From Andalucia godoyi And28 (taxonomy: Eukaryota > Protista > Jakobida): a stretch of 64,000 nucleotides of DNA. The DNA is taken from positions 93,073 through 157,072 of the forward strand of contig VRVR01000019.1 in NCBI GenBank assembly GCA_009859145.1, read 5' to 3'. This document shows positions 57,639 through 64,000 of the stretch, piece after piece. The number at the start of each line of letters is the position of its first letter. Within the stretch, counting starts at the first letter, position 1. The notes below the pieces were generated by a model. That model saw nothing but the letters and a program-made list of their open reading frames with translations, did no database searches and was not told the origin of the DNA. The translations under genes and the position numbers were made by a program.

Positions 57639-58254
57639 GGAACTCTGAGGAAGCGCAGGAAGAACGATAAGCAGCAAGAAACACAACCAGAAGCAAGGAG
57701 AAGAATGAAGGAATGAAGCAAAGAGGGAATGAAGCAAAAAGAGGGAAAATAAAAGAAAACAAATCCCATATAAAATATATAAAAGAAAAATGCACACTTT
57801 GCTAATCGAGTAAATGGAGGCTACGCAGGAAAAGGGAAATGGTACAGTATTTCCCTCGTCATTTTGTGTGTCATTGCCCAACAGAGTCAAATGCGTTGTG
57901 CTGACAAATTCAAGTGTCAGCCTTTTTTGAATTTTATTTGAGCCTTCAGAAAAAGTCAGCCGGGGGGGGGGGGTTCACTCGAGGGGTGTCTTCTTTGTGC
58001 CTTCAAGCTGTAGATGCCGCTGTCGATCGCGTGTCTGCTGCCTGTTTCTCCCCACCCCTTTGCGCGCAAGCCCTCAAGCAAGCAGAAATCCGTGGGCCAG
58101 CGATAAAAAAAATATAATAAAATAGAGTCTCAAAGAAAACAACAAAACATCAATTTAAAAAAAAGGGGGGAAAAAAGGAAACAGATTTACAAGGGAAGAA
58201 GGAAGGAGGACCACACCGCATCAAACCCAGATCAATAAGAAAAGGGCAAATCGA

Positions 58255-58743
58255 TCAAGACTGGAAAGCCCATCGATACTCTTCGCGCAGCCGGGCTTCT
58301 TCTTCCGGGGAGAAATCATTCTCAATGTTGAATCGTTGTCTGATTTCCTCTGGAGTCTTGTTTTTGAGAAGAGTCGCGATCTTGGCGCAGGTGAGATCCA
58401 GAAGAGGATCAATCGTCAAATAGTTGGCACCGAGGACAGTCCGGAACAGGGTTTCATCATCCACATTCACAAATTCGCGATCAAAGTCGCCAACGACATC
58501 GTCCACGGTCGTCCGCAACGGCTTCTCAATTTCAGGCATGGGGTTGTCTGCATGATACTCCATGAAACTGATGATTCGCGGAAGAACAGAAGAAGCAACT
58601 TCCGTCACCGGAATCGGCTCCACTTCTCCATCTTCCGGCAGCTCCTCCAGCAGTCCTCGAAGAAGCTCCGACATCAAGCATGCTTTGCGCGTTGTTTCAA
58701 AAGACTTTCCATCAGAAGTCGTCAGCACAATTTTTTGCGACAT
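58255..58743 (-). CDS. SKP1: Skp1 (SCF E3 ligase adaptor), 162 aa
   Basis: IVLTTSDGKSFE, LPRIISFMEYH, ANYLTIDPLLDLTCAKIATLLKNKTPEEIRQRFNIENDFSPEEE...EYRWAF. ATG at 58743. Confidence 0.96.
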   Translation of the reverse strand: MSQKIVLTTSDGKSFETTRKACLMSELLRGLLEELPEDGEVEPIPVTEVASSVLPRIISFMEYHADNPMPEIEKPLRTTVDDVVGDFDREFVNVDDETLFRTVLGANYLTIDPLLDLTCAKIATLLKNKTPEEIRQRFNIENDFSPEEEARLREEYRWAFQS

Positions 58744-59258
58744 TTCAAAGGGTGATTCACTTGCAAGTTGAGAAGCGTGAGAATAATAATGATAATAAGA
58801 AGCGCAGGCAGTAGCACTTGTAGTAGTAGCAACAACAACGGCAACAACGGCAACAACGGCAGCAGTTATAATAAATGGAATAAATATAGCCAATGATGGT
58901 GGTTTGAAAAATACAAAACCAAAAGGCAAAGGTCAAGCATCCAGAGCAGATCAAGGCAGGAATTGACAACGTGGGACAACAAGAGACTTGAGACTTGAGA
59001 CGCGCAGCAAACAAATAATAATAAAAATAAAGGAAAAGACAGAATAATGATTTTTGTGTATTTTTTTTTCTCTTGAATTCATCCACAGGCAAAGCCCGCT
59101 CGTCAGCACAAGAAAGAAGAAGGAAACCATGATACAGAAAGACAAAACAAACGCAAAAGAAAAATGAAGCTCTAGAACCAATGCATGCCAAAGCAACACT
59201 CTCACATAGACCGCCACAGAAGGAGAGCCTCCGATGCGTCCACATGTAAGCAGATGCT

Positions 59259-60062
59259 TTACTTCTTGGACTGCTTCGCAGCATCGACGGCCTTGGCAAG
59301 GTCGTCTGACTGTTTCTTGGCGCGGCGCTCGTTGCGGGCGGTACGCTTGCTGCGTTCCTGGAGCTTCTTTGCCTGGATGGCGTCTGCTTCCTCCTGGAGC
59401 TGGCGAACCTTGGCGTTCTCGGCCTTCTCCTTGAAGATGTGCTCCATCAAGTTACGCTTGTTCTTGAAGACGTTACCCTTGGACTTCATGTACAGGTCGT
59501 GGTACATGTGCTTGTCGATCTTACCGGAGGCACGGTACTTCTTCAACAAGCGGCGGAGAACACGAAGGCGGCGCATCCAGAGAACCTTCTCGGGCATACG
59601 AGCGTTGGCAGTACCATGGCGCTTTCCGGCACCAGTGTGACGACCCTTCTGCTTGGCAAGGAGGCGCAGGCGCGTGCGGGCACGGGAGTGCATTTCAACC
59701 GGACGACGGATGATCAGGTTGGACTTGATCAGCTTGCGAACACCGGAGCCTGGGAAGCGACGACAACAGAAAAGAAAAATAAGAAAGGCGGAGTGAGCAC
59801 ATCATCTGACAATCCATAAACAACGCAAGGGAAAAAAAAGACAGTTGCTGCAATCGATAGACGAGCATTGGCAAACGTGCTTTTGCCATCCATCATCTCA
59901 ATCTGGCCAACGCATAACAAGCAGTCACAATGAAAAACAAGGATACATACGAGAGTTGACAGTTCCAATCTCTGCAATCTCTGTCGGGTCCATCCAAACA
60001 CGGCGCTGTCCGCATCCGAGGACTGCGGCGGCCAATCTCTTCTGAAGGGCGAGCGACACCAT
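59259..60062 (-). CDS. RPL19: 60S ribosomal protein L19 (eL19), 200 aa, two exons: 60062..59951 and 59749..59259
   Basis: Exon 1 encodes [37 protein letters not shown]. Exon 2 encodes [25 protein letters not shown]...[20 protein letters not shown]...[25 protein letters not shown]. Strong C/G-ending codon bias. Confidence 0.97.
59750..59950 (-). other. Spliceosomal intron of RPL19 (201 nt, phase 1)
   Basis: GTATGT donor at 59950, branch-like TGCTCAC, pyrimidine tract and CCCAG acceptor at 59750. Splicing restores the eL19 frame. Confidence 0.93.
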
Positions 60063-60753
60063 TTTTTCCTAGCAAGCAAAAGTAAGTTACTGCACCAACA
60101 ACACTACAAACCTGGAAGCAAGAACACAGAATAAACACATACCGATCTATTGGATATAAGCACGCGAAGAAGTGAAAAGAACGAAAAAAGAAAACCAAAA
60201 ACAATTCTCCAATGTCGAAATGACGCAAATGAACTCGGTCGAAGGAACGGAAGAAAGCCTTTTGGACGTGCTAGGGTTTTGCCAACCTGCAAAAGATGAG
60301 ATCCTCTGCCGGATCTAGGGCTTTTTTTATTACTCTAATCACTTTTTATGTTTTTTTTTTGTTATCGGCTAAATAAAAAAAATTAGTTGATTCCCCATCT
60401 CTCTCTCGCCAGAGGAGGGGCTTGCATCAACCTCCCCTGCGGTTTGTAGCAAAGTGATGCTTCTCAGACTTTGTTCGGGTCCTCAAGAAAGCTTTTGGAT
60501 TTGTGCAGCGATCAATCACGTGACACAAACAGACTGGCAGACACGTGTGACGGCGGATTCATGAGAAATCGTTTTTGCAAAAGAAGGCTTTTCCCTCTTG
60601 GCTCCTTTCTTTCTTCCGTCACTTCTTCGTCCTTTATATTTTCTCTTTCATATTTTCTCCAGTCTCGTCTTTTTAAAAATTCTTTTGACATTTTTTTGAT
60701 ACTTTTGATATCTCCGTCTTTTTTCTTTTCACTTCAGCTTTTGATTCATCATC

Positions 60754-60969
60754 ATGTCGCACGGAGCAGCGATTGCGCGTAAGCGGAACACCAAGTTCAA
60801 TGTCTACAAGGGGAAGAAGCCGTCCTCCGAGGTTGAGACCAAGAAGAAGAGCGTGTCGTACGGACCGTGGGTCATCGGCCTGATTGTGTTCTTGGTGTTT
60901 GGCTCAGCCGTTGTGCAGATCCTCCGCACAGCGTCCATCGGATCGCAATCGCAAGCCGCTGAAGAGTAA
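60754..60969 (+). CDS. SERP1: SERP1/RAMP4 translocon-associated peptide, 71 aa
   Basis: RKRNTKF..KGK..KKKS.SYGPWVIGLIVFLVFGSAVVQILR matches the RAMP4 pattern. Confidence 0.9.
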   Translation: MSHGAAIARKRNTKFNVYKGKKPSSEVETKKKSVSYGPWVIGLIVFLVFGSAVVQILRTASIGSQSQAAEE

Positions 60970-61342
60970 AGGTGGTTTCCTCCTTCCCCGCCCACCGTTC
61001 CACCTAGGAGTTAGACCGTAGAGCGTGGGATGCATCCGTCTGTTTTTCACGTGCATGTCTGCAATTCGGATTCCCACCTTCCTGTCAATGCCCCCCGTTT
61101 ATTATCATTATTTCTCCAGTCTGTTTTGTTTGCTTGGTTTTTTGTTTTGTTGAACTACCACGATCGCAGCGTGGCCTCGATCTCTCTTTCAGTCTTTTTG
61201 TTGTGTTTTTTTGCGTTCATGTACACAGGTAGTAAAAAGAAAGGAATGTTTGCATCCCCCCGTCTTCGCGAAGAACCGCACTGACTCCCGCCGCGTGTTC
61301 CCATCCCCTCTTCTTTGTTGGCAGACTTGGAAGTCGGAGGGA

Positions 61343-61852
61343 TCATTGGCGTGTGGACGGGGCGAGGAACAGCAGAGCCGCAACTGCGCGGTCTTCCTGA
61401 TTGAGTATGTTGAAAGTGGCGCAAGCGGCAGTGATTTCCTGGATCTCGACTGCGATACCGGCGTGCTTCATCTGATCCAAAAACGGCACCAACTGTGACT
61501 GAATGGTCGCCGGCACGTCTTTCCCGATGCCGCACGGACCCGCGGATGTGGTTTGCACAGACACAGATGACGGATGGTTGTGCAAGCCCACGAGAAGGAT
61601 TTCCGGACGTGGATCCAAATTCAAGATGGGAACTGCGATTTGCAAAGCAGTCGATTCCGAATTCACAACATGTGCATGGCGTGGAAGACAAAGCACGCGC
61701 TTCTCGAGAATCAGAAAGTCGTTCACAAGCAACCCGGTGGACGTAAGACCTGCAATCTGGATCTTTGCAGTCTCGTTTGCTATCAAATTCAGATCGTCGA
61801 AATACCGGCTTGAAGACCGCAGCATCCCGTGCAACACGCGTCGACTCAGCAT
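61343..61852 (-). CDS. NDUFAF3: Mth938-domain protein, probable complex I assembly factor NDUFAF3, 169 aa
   Basis: Basic, Ser-rich presequence (MLSRRVLHGMLRSSSRYF), DPRPEILLVG, and GIAVEIQEITAACATFNILNQEDRAVAALL. Confidence 0.87.
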   Translation of the reverse strand: MLSRRVLHGMLRSSSRYFDDLNLIANETAKIQIAGLTSTGLLVNDFLILEKRVLCLPRHAHVVNSESTALQIAVPILNLDPRPEILLVGLHNHPSSVSVQTTSAGPCGIGKDVPATIQSQLVPFLDQMKHAGIAVEIQEITAACATFNILNQEDRAVAALLFLAPSTRQ

Positions 61853-62320
61853 TTCCCGGCCTCCTTTCCCCCCGTTTTTTTCCTTTTTCTTTTTCTTTTC
61901 CCCTCTTATTCTTTTCCCCTTCTTCCTTGCTCCTCGCCACCCATGAAGAATCTCTAGGGGTTTTATTCAAAACACTCACGACACTCACAGCACTCAGAGA
62001 GAGCACTCAGAGAGAGCACTCAAAACACTCTCAACAACTCCAAAACATAAAGCAGCAGAAAACCCAGGCCCGCCGGACCTTCCCTCCAATGACGACCGCC
62101 AACACATTCCTCTCTCTTCTTCTGTGTGTGCGGTGGTGCGTACCATTTTATAATCCAGATTCATTGATGCTTTCCTCTCCTGGAAAAGGACCTCGCAATC
62201 TTTGTACGTTATGTGACTGCAGCAACGGCGACCAATCAAGCAGTCAACCAGTCAAGAAAGACGCGGATCAAAGAAAAGAAAAGGAACAACAGCAGCAACA
62301 ACTGCTGGTAAAGAAGAAGC

Positions 62321-64000
62321 ATGTCTCGAGCAGTGCTGTCGGATACATCTCGTCAGATTCTGTCTTCTGTGGTTGTGGAAGAAAGTCGACGGATTGCGAG
62401 TTATTGCTCGACCTTGTCGTTCGGAAGGTACCTTCGCTATCGACCTCGGACGGCATGGTGGCGACTGGGTGCCGTGGTGTTTACGCTTGTGTTGATGCTG
62501 ATTGTCATTGTGCTGGAGTCGCTGGATGGAGTTGTCGACCGCAGGAATTCGACGATTTCTGAATTTGCAGTGCTGGTCTTTCTTGTTCTGTTGGGACTCG
62601 TAATTGATTTTCGCGAATGGTACCTGCAGAACTCAGAAATGCTAACAAAGTATCGGTCTCATCTTTCACTTTTCGGATCACGGGTGTCTGCGGAGGAGAA
62701 ACCCTTTTCTGATGAGGTTGCGTATTTCTTGTCGTTCTTATGCGAACGGGGGTACTTCGAGCATCTGAATGCGTACCAGTCACTGATTCGAGAGGTTCTG
62801 TGGCCAGTACTGCAGGAAGACGGGTCGTTTGCGCTGCAGCATGCGTTGCTCTGTGTGAAGGGAGACGTCATTCACGGCTCAGTAGCAACATGGATGCCGG
62901 ATTACTTGCGCTGTCATTCTGGCATATACAATGCACACTCGCGGAACATCGTCTCGGAATCCGAGGCAAATCCAATCACTTCAAGTATCCACCAGCGCTC
63001 TCAGCGATTTTCAGTGAACGCCGCTTCCTTTGCCACCACGTCTAGCATGGATCGTGTGTCGTCATTCTTGCTCGGCGACGCTTGCCCAACCTGCGTTGCA
63101 ACAAAGTGCATCGTCCTTGACGAGACTCCACTCTTTACAGTGTCTGAAATCATATTGACGACAGTTCGTGAAGAGAACGAGAGACGAGCAGATCGCCCCA
63201 TGTCAACATTGGTGTCGCAGTTTCGAAAGGTAGTGTATCCACTGACTGTTCTCATGTTTGCAGGAATGTGGATCGTTTACGGATCCCTGTTTGGGCCGGA
63301 CTCAATCATTTTTGTTGTGTCGTTCCTGTACATGGTTATGGCTTTGGAGTATCCAGTCATTCTCCACGCACTCTACTGGATCGGAAATGCATTCTTAGTT
63401 GCACAGTGGCATCCTAGTTTTTGGTCCAGAGGAGTTTCAAAAGATTCCGGGTTTCCCGGTCAGCAAAAGACTGAAGGACCGCCCGTCCAGGACGAGGATG
63501 CTTTTCGAGTTCCTGTACGAGGCGAGAAACTCGACAAGGTTCGAAGACGTATTGCAGAAGAGATCCTGCATCCATCTCCAGTGTCAAGCCCTTTGCCAGT
63601 TGGCGAAACACGACCGAGGAGGGCGATGGGCAGCGAATTTGGCCTCTTTCAGGAGGACGTAGTTGTGCGAGAAGGTGACCACGGAAGAATGGAAACCGGG
63701 GACTGGAGCGAAGACGATGACTCGGACATCAGCACGGATTCAGACGGAAGTTCGTCGGATGCTGGTGTTCCTCCGGAGGGCATCTGTGCACACTATCACG
63801 GAAAATCCGGTACAGAGCACGATACGCTTCCCGAGATGCAGGACTTTCGCAAACTTCCTCTTCCCATTCAGAAGACACCGGGAGTCGCGCTCATATTGAA
63901 ATCACTGTGGAATGTCATCAGCGCTAGTCCCACTTGTCTCGTCCGCAGCCGGAATCCGGTGGAGAATCTGGGGTGTGCAACAATATTTTCGTTTGTCCAC
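62321..64000 (+). CDS. TMEM94: TMEM94 (KIAA0195)-like degenerate P-type ATPase membrane protein; 5' part (560 codons), continues beyond the right edge
   Basis: Manual translation shows an open frame from the ATG at 62321 to the window end. It has two N-terminal TMs, DGSFALQHALLCVKGDVI, IVLDETPL..RPMSTL, a TM pair ending EYPVILHALYWIGNAFLVAQ, and LWNVISASP..RNPVENLGCATIFSFV. These parallel TMEM94 motifs (DGHLVNLPVSLLVEGDII, VLETPV..RPVTAL, FPVLW..GEARVLAQ, LHSLGSVTVLCCVD). Absent from the ORF track; the true start could be upstream. Confidence 0.72.
   Translation, partial: MSRAVLSDTSRQILSSVVVEESRRIASYCSTLSFGRYLRYRPRTAWWRLGAVVFTLVLMLIVIVLESLDGVVDRRNSTISEFAVLVFLVLLGLVIDFREWYLQNSEMLTKYRSHLSLFGSRVSAEEKPFSDEVAYFLSFLCERGYFEHLNAYQSLIREVLWPVLQEDGSFALQHALLCVKGDVIHGSVATWMPDYLRCHSGIYNAHSRNIVSESEANPITSSIHQRSQRFSVNAASFATTSSMDRVSSFLLGDACPTCVATKCIVLDETPLFTVSEIILTTVREENERRADRPMSTLVSQFRKVVYPLTVLMFAGMWIVYGSLFGPDSIIFVVSFLYMVMALEYPVILHALYWIGNAFLVAQWHPSFWSRGVSKDSGFPGQQKTEGPPVQDEDAFRVPVRGEKLDKVRRRIAEEILHPSPVSSPLPVGETRPRRAMGSEFGLFQEDVVVREGDHGRMETGDWSEDDDSDISTDSDGSSSDAGVPPEGICAHYHGKSGTEHDTLPEMQDFRKLPLPIQKTPGVALILKSLWNVISASPTCLVRSRNPVENLGCATIFSFVH

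Noticed and set aside
57962-57973. G12 run between COPG and SKP1
   Set aside because: An isolated homopolymer with no supporting structure; at most a weak G-quadruplex hint.
58744-58929. 62-codon in-frame extension upstream of Skp1 with (CAACAACGG)x3
   Set aside because: Low-complexity leader; the canonical Skp1 N-terminus starts at the ATG at 58743.
59750-59950. Intron-hosted snoRNA in RPL19 (ATGATGG and a TGGCAAA/TTTGCCA hairpin)
   Set aside because: No CTGA D box on the sense strand and no clear H/ACA layout.
61765-62562. 265-aa plus-strand ORF overlapping NDUFAF3 and the TMEM94-like start
   Set aside because: It overlaps two better-supported genes and is low-complexity. A short upstream exon cannot be excluded, but no splice sites restoring the frame were found.

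Overview
Gene-dense, intron-poor eukaryotic nuclear DNA, probably from a ciliated or flagellated protist with aerobic mitochondria (TMEM107, NDUFAF3 and Miro are present). The lineage cannot be fixed from this window. The left half holds two co-oriented giant minus-strand genes for secreted or surface Ig-like (IPT/TIG) repeat proteins. One starts at 6060 and runs off the left edge, so it is absent from the ORF track. The other spans 32523 to 10485 (about 7345 aa). It is split by a single-base frame shift at an A9 run and contains an apparently identical 914-bp internal duplication. AMPK-beta and a roughly 3.4-kb ORF-poor gap lie between them. The right half encodes TMEM107, a Groucho Q-domain-only (AES-like) protein, Miro, a stand-alone p300/KAT11-like acetyltransferase, an 833-aa unknown protein and STRIP/FAR11. 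It continues with a SWEET transporter preceded by an (AC)n tract, a full-length Groucho/TLE-like corepressor, a kelch protein, gamma-COP, Skp1, RPL19 (one 201-nt intron), SERP1/RAMP4, NDUFAF3 and a TMEM94-like gene running off the right edge. The most interesting leads are the Groucho plus AES-like pair and the giant IPT/Cys-rich/multi-TM gene pair with its homogenised module and frameshift. All family calls are motif recognition by eye; no searches were run.
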